A stretch of DNA of 64,000 nucleotides from Mantamonas sphyraenae STR306. Taxonomy: Eukaryota > Protista > CRuMs. Positions 23,167-34,204 of the stretch are shown here, in pieces. The position numbers and the translations under genes are program-made. The DNA is taken from NCBI GenBank assembly GCA_026936335.1, contig JAPMXV010000070.1, positions 124,001 through 188,000 of the forward strand. Reading direction: 5' to 3'. Numbering within the stretch: position 1 is the first letter of the stretch; each line of letters begins with the position of its first letter. The notes below the pieces were generated by a model that saw only the letters and a program-made list of their open reading frames with translations, searched no databases and was not told the origin of the DNA.

Positions 23167-26100
23167 ATGTCCACACAAGAACAGCTGCTGACAAGCATCT
23201 ACAGAGAGCACTACGATGGACACCTGGCAGTGTGGATGGGAGTGGTGGAGAACAAGGAGGAGGAGCTGGCACAGAGGGTGGGAGTGCGTTTGGAGCTGCG
23301 GTTTGGTGAGAAGGTGACGGGGAGGCTGTTCTGCGGGACGGCAGCGTACGAGTGTGAGCTGCAACAGGGACTGGATGGGAAGGCGTATGTGCGCGGTGTG
23401 GGGGACCCGGGAGTGATGAAGTGGAAGAAGATGGGAATGGAGGTAAGTGGAGAGGGGGAGAAAGGGAAGAGGATGAGCTGGAAGAGTGCGGCAACACAGG
23501 AAGAGAGGGTGGACATGGAATGGGATGGGGAAGGGGGAGTGACTGACACATGATTGCAGGAGGTGATGGAGAAGGCATGCAGGGCAGGGGAGTTGGATGG
23601 GATGGTGTGCACGGTGCGTGGGGTGATGCTGCGGTTCAGGATCTGGGAGGACGGGTGTGGAGAGGTGGCGTTGGAGAAGAGCATGGAGGCAGCAAGGACA
23701 GTGGCAGTGCGTGTGCAACTGGCAGGGATGGATGAGCATGTGCAACAGCTGGAGGAGTGTGTGATGGAACAGGATGTGGCTGAGCTGGCACGGGGTGGAC
23801 GATGGAAGAGTGTGGCAGTGGCACTGGAGTTGATGAGACGAGATAGAGTGCATGAGGGTGTGACGGGAGAAGCAGTGGAGGAGGCGGTTGCGTTGGGGAG
23901 CAAGGCAGGGAAGGAAGAAGTGGCAGAAGCTGGGTTAGAGGTGTTGGAGCTGATGATGGCAGATGGGAGGATGGAAGGGATTGGGTGGAGAGGAGAGAAA
24001 GGAGAGACACTAATGATGGTGGCTGCGGGGAATGGATGGACGAGGACGGTGGAGCAGCTGGTTGGGCTTGGTGAAGATGTGAATGCTGCCAGGGAAGACG
24101 GAAGGACAGCGTTAATGAGTGCTACGTCGAACGCGCACACGGAGACAGTGGGCAAGCTGATTGAGTGTGGAGGCGATGCGAATGCTGCTCAGGAGGACGG
24201 GTGGACTGCACTGATGATTGCAGCACAGAAGGGACACACGGAGACAGTGGGCAAGCTGGTTGAGTGTGGAGGAGATGTGAATGCTGCTAGGGAGGACGGG
24301 TGGACTGCACTGATGAGTGCAGCATCGAAGGGACACACGGAGACTGTGGGCAAGCTGATTGAGTGTGGAGGGAATGTGAATGCTGCTAGGGAGGACGGGT
24401 GGACTGCACTGATGAGTGCAGCATCGAAGGGACACACGGAGACAGTGGGCAAGCTGATTGAGTGTGGAGGAGATGTGACCGCAACGAAAGCGAACGGGGC
24501 GACTGCACTGTTGATTGCGGCAGAGAACGGACACACGGAGACAGTGGGCAAGCTGATTGAGTGTGGAGGAGATGTGAATGCTGCTCAGGAGGACGAGTGG
24601 ACTGCACTGATGGTTGCAGCACAGAACGGACACACAGAGACAGTGGGCAAGCTGATTGAGTGTGGAGGAGATGTGAATGCTGCTCAGGAGGACGGCTGGA
24701 CTGCACTGATGACTGCAGCATGGAACGGACACACGGAGACAGTGTGCAAGCTGGTTGAGTATGGAGGCGATGCGACCGCAAAGAAAACGAACGGGGCGAC
24801 TGCACTGTTGATTGCGGCAGAGAACGGACACACGGAGACAGTGGGCAAGTTGATTGAGTGTGGAGGCGATGTGAATGCTGCTCAGGAGGACGAGTGGACT
24901 GCACTGATGGTTGCAGCACAGAACGGACACACAGAGACAGTGGGCAAGCTGATTGAGTGTGGAGGAGATGTGAATGCTGCTCAGGAGGACGGGTGGACTG
25001 CACTGATGAGTGCAGCATCGAAGGGACACACGGAGACAGTGGGCAAGCTGATTGAGTGTGGAGGAGATGTGAATGCTGCGAAGGAGAACGGGTGGACTGC
25101 ACTGATGAGTGCAGCATCGAAGGGACACACGGAGACAGTGGGCAAGCTGATTGAGTGTGGAGGAGATGTGACCGCAACGAAAACGAACGGGGCGACTGCA
25201 CTGTTGATTGCGGCAGAGAACGGACACACGGAGACAGTGGGCAAGCTGATTGAGTGTGGAGGCGATGTGAATGCTGCTCAGGAGGACGAGTGGACTGCAC
25301 TGATGGTTGCAGCAGAGAACGGACACACGGAGACAGTGGGCAAGCTGATTGAGTGTGGAGGCGATGTGAATGCTGCTCAGGAGGACGAGTGGACTGCACT
25401 GATGGTTGCAGCACAGAACGGACACACAGAGACAGTGGGCAAGCTGATTGAGTGTGGAGGAGATGTGAATGCTGCTCAGGAGGACGGGTGGACTGCACTG
25501 ATGAGTGCAGCATCGAAGGGACACACGGAGACAGTGGGCAAGCTGATTGAGTGTGGAGGAGATGTGAATGCTGCGAAGGAGAACGGGTGGACTGCACTGA
25601 TGAGTGCAGCATCGAAGGGACACACGGAGACAGTGGGCAAGCTGATTGAGTGTGGAGGAGATGTGACCGCAACGAAAACGAACGGGGCGACTGCACTGTT
25701 GATTGCGGCAGAGAACGGACACACGGAGACAGTGAGCAAGCTGATTGAGTGTGGAGGCGATGTGAATGCTGCTCAGGAGGACGGGTGGACTGCACTGATG
25801 ATTGCAGCACAGAACGGACACACGGAGACTGTGGGCAGGTTGATTGAGTGTGGAGGAGATGTGAATGCTGCGAAGGAGAACGGGTGGACTGCACTGATGA
25901 TTGCAGCACAGAACGGACACACGGAGACTGTGGGCAGGTTGATTGAGTGTGGAGGAGATGTGAATGCTGCTAGGGAGGACGGCTGGACTGCACTGATGAC
26001 TGCAGCATGGAACGGACACACGGAGACAGTGTGCAAGCTGATTGAGTGTGGAGGAGATGTGAATGCTGCTCAGGAGGACGGCTGGACTGCACTGATGACT

Positions 26101-27732
26101 GCAGCATGGAACGGACACACGGAGACAGTGTGCAAGCTGATTGGGTATGGAGGCGATGTGACCGCAACGAAAACGAACGGGGCGACTGCACTGTTGATTG
26201 CGGCAGAGAACGGACACTCGGAGACAGTGGGCAAGCTGATTGAGTGTGGAGGCGATGTGAATGCTGCGAAGGAGAACGGGTGGACTGCACTGATGAGTGC
26301 AGCACAGAAGGGACACACGGAGACAGTGGGCAAGCTGGTTGAGTGTGGAGGCGATGTGAATGCTGCTCAGGAGGACGAGTGGACTGCACTGATGGTTGCA
26401 GCATGGAACGGACACACGGAGACAGTGGGCAAGCTGGTTGAGTATGGAGGCGATGCGACCGCAAAGAAAACGAACGGGGCGACTGCACTGTTGATTGCGG
26501 CAGAGAACGGACACACGGAGACAGTGGGCAAGCTGGTTGAGTGTGGAGGCGATGTGAATGCTGCTCAGGAGGACGAGTGGACTGCACTGATGGTTGCAGC
26601 ACAGAACGGACACACAGAGACAGTGAGCAAGCTGATTGAGTGTGGAGGAGATGTGAAAGCTGCTCAGGAGGACGGGTGGACTGCACTGATGAGTGCAGCA
26701 TCGAAGGGACACACGGAGACAGTGGGCAAGCTGATTGAGTGTGGAGGCGATGTGAATGCTGCGAAGGAGAACGGGTGGACTGCACTGATGAGTGCAGCAC
26801 AGAACGGACACACGGAGACAGTGGGCAAGCTGGTTGAGTGTGGAGGCGATGTGAATGCTGCTCAGGAGGACGAGTGGACTGCACTGATGGTTGCAGCACA
26901 GAACGGACACACGGAGACAGTGAGCAAGCTGATTGAGTGTGGAGGAGATGTGAAAGCTGCTCAGGAGGACGGGTGGACTGCACTGATGAGTGCAGCATCG
27001 AAGGGACACACGGAGACAGTGGGCAAGCTGATTGAGTGTGGAGGCGATGTGAATGCTGCGAAGGAGAACGGGTGGACTGCACTGATGAGTGCAGCACAGA
27101 ACGGACACACGGAGACAGTGGGCAAGCTGGTTGAGTGTGGAGGCGATGTGAATGCTGCTCAGGAGGACGAGTGGACTGCACTGATGGTTGCAGCACAGAA
27201 CGGACACACGGAGACAGTGAGCAAGCTGATTGAGTGTGGAGGAGATGTGAAAGCTGCTCAGGAGGACGGGTGGACTGCACTGATGGTTGCAGCATCGAAG
27301 GGACACACAGAGACAGTGGGCAAGCTGATTGAGTGTGGGGGCGATGTGACCGCAACGAAAAAGAACGGGGCGACTGCACTGATGATTGCGGCACAGAACG
27401 GACACACGGAGACAGTGAGCAAGCTGATTGAGTGTGGCGGCGATGTGAATGCTGCCATGATGAAGGGGAAGACTGCACTGATGATGGCAGCACAGCACGG
27501 ACACATGGAGACAGTGGGCAAACTGATTGAGGGTGGTACCGATGTGAATGCTGCAATGATGAACGGCTGGACTGCACTCATGATTGCTGTCCGTCACAAC
27601 CATCCCGACATTGCCCAACTCCTTCTCTCCAACGGCGCCGACCCATCCGTCACCAACACCGCCGGCGAAACTGCCCACACCATCGCCGTCAAGTACTCCA
27701 ACAACGACCTCGCCGCCCTCCTCTCACAATAA
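23167..27732 (+). CDS. Cassette ankyrin gene copy 1: head domain + coiled coil + about 38 ankyrin repeats
   Basis: ATG 23167 (MSTQEQLL); intron 23443-23559 (GTAAGT...CTGAC...CAG, phase 0); exon 2 corresponds to ORF 23554..27732. Confidence 0.92.
24076..27580 (+). repeat. 99-bp coding tandem repeat (ankyrin modules) with very high internal nucleotide identity
   Basis: Near-invariant core ggacacacggagacagtgggcaagctgattgagtgtggagg(a/c)gatgtg recurs every 99 bp. Confidence 0.97.
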
Positions 27733-27807
27733 ACCCACCCCCTCTCCTCCTCTTCATCATTCAACATCATCTCCACCTTCATTCCTCCTTCCCTCCCCAC
27801 CCCCTCC

Positions 27808-28509
27808 TCACAACAACGCCATCTCCCCCTCCTTCACCACCCCCTTCCTCCACTCCTCAAACCCTCCCAAATACAACCTCTTCACCAGCCCATCAAACAC
27901 CTCCTCCCTCTCCATCCCCTCCTCAATCTCCCTCTGGAACTCAATGCACTCTCCAAACTCCAAATCCCCCGTCTCCCCCACATACTCATCACTGTCGTCA
28001 TCAAAGAACCGTTCCAGCACCTCCATCACCTTCTCATGATGCCTCGCGTGCCCCACCCCCAGATCCTCCCCTGCCTCCACCGCACTCATCATCACCACAA
28101 ACATCTTGCACGCCGCCCCGCTCAGCCCACTGTCCTCCGCACTCCTCCTCAAGTACCTCCTCTTCATCCACCCGCTCCACACTCCACGCACATGGCTGTC
28201 CCGCATCACCGTCTCCACGTCCTTCACACGCTCCTCCACAGGCACACTCGACACCTGCTGGCCCATGTACTCTGCAAACCGTTCAAACACCACCCCGTAC
28301 ACCTCCACCATCGCCTCGTCAAACACAAACTCGCTTGCCTGGCCCTCCCCCACTGCACGCATCAGTGCTGCCTGCACTCCGTACTCCACTCCCAGATACT
28401 TCTCGCTCTCGTCCTCGTCAAAGTACGTCTCTACAATCTCGCTCATCTCCCTCGCCGCCTCCTCCTCGCTCATCTCTGCACTTGCCACTCCACGCTGCAG
28501 CGCACGCAT
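27808..28509 (-). other. Near-identical duplicate of the giant receptor's 3' end (43101-43804); intact 233-aa ORF with RGS-like sequence
   Basis: MRALQRGVASAEM...GVVKEGEMALL matches the C-terminus of ORF 43101..60173 except for two residues. Confidence 0.9.
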
Positions 28510-28658
28510 CCTGTTCCGAACGGTCCATTGCGATGCGATGGGTGGATTGCACGCTCCATGACATCACAGGGCACGGCAGGATGAGGAAGAGAGGACATGT
28601 GAAGAGCTGATTGTCAGCGATGATGGTGCCACTGAAGTCGTACACACATCCATGGTCT

Positions 28659-29693
28659 TCATTGCTGGCGCATCTTGTCCATGTGTTTGTACGCGTTGGA
28701 GCGGTTGCGGAAGGGTTCGCCGCACAGACACTGGCATGGCTCGCGTGCCTTCTTGCCCCGTCTTTGATCCGCATCCGACAGCTTGATTCCATGCACCACT
28801 CCATCCCTGTCCCTCACCCTTGTGTCCACTGTGTACTTCACCGGCCTGTTCCTGCCTCCGCGCTGTGCTCGTTCCTTCATGCTCTTCACATGCTTCTCCA
28901 GATTGCACTTCTTCTTGTACGTCTTTCCACACTGGCAATGGTACTTCCATCCACCCTCCACACACCTCCTCTTGCCTGCAAACCCATGCTCGTCCCGTTC
29001 CTGCTTGTTGCTGACCCCGTCGAACAGCTGCCGTGATGCTCTTGACGAGGATGCTGATGACGATGATGACATCGAAGAGGGTTGTGACTCGCACACATCG
29101 CCGTACTCATGATGGGACTCCTCTGGTGTCCTGTCCACGTCCGCCTCTTCCATCTCGAACGTCACATCGCTTTTGGGCGACCCACACGACTCCAGCTCCA
29201 TGCTGTCCATGTCTGGGATGACTTCCACGCTATCCTCCACTTCGTTGCAGCTGCTGTCCAATGTCCATCCACCATACAGATGGAACTGCTCTGGTGTCAC
29301 ATCCACATCCAGCACACCCATCTCGAACACATCCTCGCTCGTGAGCCAGTCCCACGGCACCATGCTCTCGGCGTCCATACCATCCTCCTCATCACCATCC
29401 CAATCTCCATCAGCGTCGTCCTCATTGCTGCTCCCTTCCTCATCCTCATCCCATGGACTTCCTCCAGGAGAAACGGGTATGCCACCCCTTGTCCCCAAGC
29501 CACCCATGGTGTGACACTCGTCGTCACTGGACAACATCCCTCCATCCTCCTCCCTCTCACACATGCCTCCCATCCATCTGTCATCAACTTCTTCCGAGTT
29601 GTACCAATCGCAGCCCCCGTCGTCCTCGTCGAGCCCGTCGAGCGGAACCATGTCCAGTGCTGTCCTCAGCTTCCTCGTGCGTGCTCCGTACAT
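28659..29693 (-). CDS. Acidic protein with two C-terminal atypical C2H2-like zinc fingers, copy 1
   Basis: YHCQCGKTYKKKCNLEKHVK and CQCLCGEPFRNRSNAYKHM; long D/E-rich N-terminus; paralog at 35181..36218. Confidence 0.7.
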   Translation of the reverse strand: MYGARTRKLRTALDMVPLDGLDEDDGGCDWYNSEEVDDRWMGGMCEREEDGGMLSSDDECHTMGGLGTRGGIPVSPGGSPWDEDEEGSSNEDDADGDWDGDEEDGMDAESMVPWDWLTSEDVFEMGVLDVDVTPEQFHLYGGWTLDSSCNEVEDSVEVIPDMDSMELESCGSPKSDVTFEMEEADVDRTPEESHHEYGDVCESQPSSMSSSSSASSSRASRQLFDGVSNKQERDEHGFAGKRRCVEGGWKYHCQCGKTYKKKCNLEKHVKSMKERAQRGGRNRPVKYTVDTRVRDRDGVVHGIKLSDADQRRGKKAREPCQCLCGEPFRNRSNAYKHMDKMRQQ

Positions 29694-29790
29694 GGTTGTT
29701 GGTAATGTCTTCTGCTACGTTGTCACCAAGTAAAGTTGGCCACATGCACGCACCCCAACTCGGCTCCACCTGAAACCTTGGTGTCAAAGT

Positions 29791-29841
29791 TGAACTTTCA
29801 AGGTTCGGCCCGCTGCTGAAAAGTGAACTTTCAATGTTCAC
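29791..29841. promoter_or_regulatory. Two tandem (T)GAAC-N7-GTTC(A) palindromes upstream of the zinc-finger gene (repeated at 36315-36365)
   Basis: tgaac-tttcaag-gttcg at 29791 and gtgaac-tttcaat-gttcac at 29823, about 100-150 bp upstream of the ATG at 29693. Confidence 0.4.
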
Positions 29842-30016
29842 CGCGACACGTTTCCGCAAACTCACCCCGACGCACACAGGACATTCTTCACACGTCACAC
29901 ACGACACCAATGCATGTCACAAGATGAAGATGACATGCTACTGGACACAGATGGATGATGGTTGGACTGGCATGGCTTGTGCATTCCCTTCCTCACCCGC
30001 ACACTCCCACACACAC

Positions 30017-30611
30017 TCAATCACGTGCTTGCACCACCTCCATCAGCATCCCCACCTGCTCTTCAAGCTGGTTCACACGTCGTTGCAGCATCCACACACT
30101 CTGCGACGTCTCCTCACACCCACTCAGCTTCACCTCCTCCAGTCGCACACGCACAAACCCATACACAAAGCTCATCCTCCCGTCCTTCATCTCCACATCC
30201 CTCACCTGCTGCTCCTTCACATCCACCAGATCCAGATCCAGATCACAGGAGCCGGTGAAGAACTTGCCTCCCACACGTCCCACCACACGTGTGGCACCCT
30301 CAGCTGTGCTGGATGTCCACCTTGGTGGCTGGAGTGTCCTCGAGTGTCGCATCGTCGTCGTCGTCGTCGTCAGTGTGGTGGTGGTGGTGGTTGGGGATGG
30401 TCGAGTGGGAGTGCTTCACACTGGTGCTGGTGCTGGTGCCGCGGGTGGAGGAAGAGGAGGAGGAAGAGGAAGGTTGATGGGTGGTGTCACTGGTGTGGGT
30501 GGCGATGGCAGTGGTGTCTGCGTCGTGGGGAGTGGTGGACTGGTCGTCATCGTGGGTGTTGTTGTCGTTGTCCTTGTTGCTGGTCTTGGTGGTTGCAGTC
30601 ATGGTGAACAT
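30017..30611 (-). pseudogene. Cassette partner copy 2, frameshifted by a 41-bp deletion
   Basis: Relative to copy 3, tcatggtgatgagcatgtggtcgtcacccagtcgaccctgg is missing at ~30311 between CTGG microhomologies, splitting the ORF in two. Confidence 0.8.
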
Positions 30612-30935
30612 CGTCCGTGTTGGTTGGTTGTTGGTTGTTGGTTGATTGGTTGGGTGGGTGGGTGGGCGCAGTGGGGTTGGGGTGTGCTTTTGTACTGACC
30701 CATGGACTGGTGAAGGGTGAACTTTGAATGTTCAGCTGGGGAGAGAGTGCGGCACCCCCACCCCCACCAGCCATCCGTGTGTCCATGGCACCCACACACC
30801 ACGTCATCATCTGTGTGCATCCCATCACATCCCACTACCAGTGCATCCATGTTCATCCCAAGGTCATGGCACAAATACAAACGGGAACCGGGATGCGCCT
30901 GCTCAGCAACAACAAACAACCCAGCAGCAGAAACC

Positions 30936-32333
30936 ATGTCCACACAAGAGCAGCTGTTGACAAGCATCTACAGAGAGCACTACGATGGACACCTGGCAGT
31001 GTGGATGGGAGTGGTGGAGAACAAGGACGAGGAGGAGGAGCTGGCACAGAGGGTGGGAGTGCGTTTGGAGCTGCGGTTTGGAGAGAAAGTGACGGGGAGG
31101 CTGTTCTGCGGGACGGCAGCGTACGAGTGTGAGCTGCAACAGGGACTGGATGGGAAGGCGTATGTGCGGGGTGTGGGGGACCCGGGAGTGATGAAGTGGA
31201 AGAGGATGGGTGTGGAGGTAAGTGGTGAGGGAGGGAAGAGGAGGAGCTGGAAGAGTGCGGCAACACTGGAAGAGAGGGTGGACATGGAATGGGATGGGGA
31301 AGGGGGAGTGACTGACACATGATTGCAGGAGGTGATGGAGAAGGCATGCAGGGCAGGGGAGGTGGATGGAATGGTGTGCACGGTGCGTGGGGTGATGCTG
31401 CGGTTCAGGATCTGGGAGGACGGGTGTGGAGAGGTGGCGTTGGAGAAGAGCATGGAGGCAGCAAGGACAGTGGCAGTGCGTGTGCAACTGGCAGGGATGG
31501 ATGAACGTGTGCAGCAGCTGGAGGAGTGTGTGATGGAACAGGATGTGGTTGAGCTGGCACGGGGTGGACGATGGAAGAGTGTGGGGGTGGCACTGGAGTT
31601 GATGAGACGAGATGGAGTGCACGAGGGTGTGACTGGAGAAGCAGTGGGGGAGGTGGTTGCGTTGGGGAGCAAGGCAGGGAAGGAAGAAGTGGCAGAAGCT
31701 GGGTTGTTGGTGTTGGAGCAGATGATGAAAGATGGGAGGATGGAAAGGATTGGGTGGAGAGGAGACAAAGGGGAGACACTGATGATGGTAGCAGCTGGGA
31801 ACGGATGGACGAGGACGGTGGAGCAGCTGGTTGTGCTTGGTGAAGATGTGAATGCTGCCAGGGAAGATGGAAGGACAGCGTTAATGAGTGCTACGTCGAA
31901 CGCGCACCCGGAGACAGTGGGCAAGCTGATTGAGTGTGGTGGCGATGTGAATGCCACGGAGAAGAACACATGGACTGCACTAATGATTGGAGCATGGAAC
32001 GGACACACGGAGACAGTGAGCAAGCTGATTGAGTGTCGAGCCGATGTGAATGCTGCCATGAAGGACAAGTGTACTGCACTCATGATTGCAGCAGAAAGAG
32101 GACACACAGAGATTGTGGGCAAGCTCATTGAGTGTGGAGGCGATGTGAATGCTGCAAAGGATAGCGGATGGACTGCACTGATGTTTGCTGCCCGTCTCAA
32201 GCAACCCGACGTTGCCCAACTCCTTCTCTCCAACGGCGCCGACCCATCCCTAACCAACACCGCCGGCGAAACTGCCCACACCATCGCCCTCAACAACTCC
32301 AACGACGACCTCGCCGCACTCCTCGAACAATAA
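30936..32333 (+). CDS. Cassette ankyrin gene copy 2: head + coiled coil + about 6 ankyrin repeats
   Basis: ATG 30936; intron 31218-31328; exon 2 corresponds to ORF 31323..32333. Confidence 0.9.
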
Positions 32334-32407
32334 TCACAACAACCCATCCCCAATACATTCCGTTTTTCCTTCCTCCCTCAATTCCTATCCACCGTCATTC
32401 CTCCCTT

Positions 32408-32590
32408 CTCGCCCATCTCTGCACTCGCCACTCCACGCTGCAGCGCACGCATCCTCCTCCACGCCTCCACCTTCACCTCCTTCATCGGTGCCAACGTCGC
32501 ACCCAGCACCCTCTCCACATGCTCATCTGCAAACTCAAAGAACTTTGCTCGCAGTCGCTGCTCTCGCAGCACTTCCATCGGCCTGCGGAT
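32408..32590 (-). pseudogene. Fragment of the giant receptor gene (copy of 43758-43940)
   Basis: Near-exact match ctcgcccatctctgcactcgcc...gcctgcggat; encodes MEVLREQRLRAKFFEFADEHVE... Confidence 0.9.
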
Positions 32591-32641
32591 CCATGTCCTT
32601 CCTGGCCACCAGCAGCTTCAGCTCCTTCATCTCCTTCGTTC

Positions 32642-34105
32642 TCACTCAAACACAACCACATCCACTGCCCACCCATGCGCCTCTGCATACCCTGCATCCA
32701 CCACATCCGCCACCCGTGTCTCCATCTCTCCAATCCAGATCTCCACCACCACCACTCCCCCCTCCACATCGCTCGACACCCCTCGGCTGAACCTTGCCTG
32801 CGTCCCATCTCCCCGCAATGTCACCACCACACTCGATGGCTCCTTCTCCAGACCCAATCCACTCAAACTCACCTCCTTCTGCAGCACAATCCCCCGTCCA
32901 AACTCGTCCTCCCGTGTCTTCTTTTCCCATCCCGTTCGCCCACCCCGCAGCACAAACCCGTTTGCCTTTTCCCACTTCCTCGTCCCCTCCACCCTCCTTC
33001 GCACCTCCTCCCGTTTGCCCGTCTCCCCATGCACCACCAGCAGCCCTGCTCCAGGTCCAAACTGGTTGTACTGCACTCGCACCATCTTCACCCTCCTCCC
33101 CTCCCGTTCAAACTCACTCTCCACCACACACGACTCTGCCAGCTCCTGTGCCGTCTCCGCGTCGTCTCCGTCGTAGTCTTTCATCTGCACAGAGAACCAT
33201 CGCCTCCCTTCCACCTCCCCCTCCTTCCCATCCACAGCATGCAACCGGATCTCCAACCCCAGGTCCGACTGTTCTGCATCCCCCCACACACTCACCCTCC
33301 ACCACTTGCTCTGTTGGTCCTCCACCCACGCCCTTGCCAGCTCCTTTGGCTTCCACACGTTCTGCTCCCAGCTGCTTGTCTCTGCTTCACTCTCCTCCTC
33401 CTCCTCCTCCATCATCATCCTCCCACTGCTGCTCTTTCCCATTCCCGATTCCATCTCTTCAGCCTTGGCTGCACGTGCTGGTGCTGCTCCCACCTGTCCC
33501 TGTGCCGCACTCTCCTCCTTCCTCACCACCGACCCGCTTCCCAAGTCCTGCTTTGCCGCACTCTTGCCCTTTGCCTCTCTGAGTCCCTGTGAGCTCGCCC
33601 ACGACTCCTCACTCGATGACAACATCGAATGCTGCACCCCTGCCTCCCCTTCCTCACTCTCCTCCTCCTCCTCTTCCTCAAGTCCCAGCTCGCCACGCAC
33701 CACCGCCAGCCATCCATGAGCACGTGCCACACTCTCTCGAATCTTGTGGTCGTTCTCCAAATGGTACGCATTCACCACCTCCTGCAGTGTGCCCATTGCC
33801 TTCGCACAGTAGGCCAGCCTCTGCACAATCTCCTTCAATTCCTCCACCGTTGCGTTCTTTGCGTTCTTGCACCGCTCCTCCAACCCACCCACAATCTCAA
33901 TCACCTTTTCCCGTGCCTTTCGGTTCACCTCCACTCCGCTATCCCTCTCCTCCACCTTCCTCTTCCATGCCTGGACGTCCCCGGCGTCGTCGTCGTCCCG
34001 ACCGGGTCCAGGAAGCGGACGAGCAGACCCTGGGTCGCTGTGCACAGTCACCTGTGTCCCTCCCCCCTCCTCCCCCGTCGATTCCTTCTGGTGTGAGTGT
34101 GTCAT
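32642..34105 (-). CDS. Hypothetical protein (N-terminal helical region, acidic linker, beta-rich C-terminus)
   Basis: Long open frame with G-rich coding-like codon usage; ATG 34105 is divergent from ATG 34205; no recognised family. Confidence 0.6.
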   Translation of the reverse strand: MTHSHQKESTGEEGGGTQVTVHSDPGSARPLPGPGRDDDDAGDVQAWKRKVEERDSGVEVNRKAREKVIEIVGGLEERCKNAKNATVEELKEIVQRLAYCAKAMGTLQEVVNAYHLENDHKIRESVARAHGWLAVVRGELGLEEEEEEESEEGEAGVQHSMLSSSEESWASSQGLREAKGKSAAKQDLGSGSVVRKEESAAQGQVGAAPARAAKAEEMESGMGKSSSGRMMMEEEEEESEAETSSWEQNVWKPKELARAWVEDQQSKWWRVSVWGDAEQSDLGLEIRLHAVDGKEGEVEGRRWFSVQMKDYDGDDAETAQELAESCVVESEFEREGRRVKMVRVQYNQFGPGAGLLVVHGETGKREEVRRRVEGTRKWEKANGFVLRGGRTGWEKKTREDEFGRGIVLQKEVSLSGLGLEKEPSSVVVTLRGDGTQARFSRGVSSDVEGGVVVVEIWIGEMETRVADVVDAGYAEAHGWAVDVVVFE

Positions 34106-34204
34106 CTCTCCACTGCGTGCTTTGTTGTTGCGTTGGTGGCAAGAGTGCGGGAGGGAAACCAACGAGACGAAAAGGGCACTGGGCACACACGTCAGAGGCA
34201 CGCC

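Noticed and set aside
24112-27678. 1188-aa antisense ORF and other long shadow ORFs across the ankyrin array and the giant gene
   Set aside because: These are by-products of stop-free repeats and GC-rich codon bias on the opposite strand; the translations are low-complexity and not domain-like.
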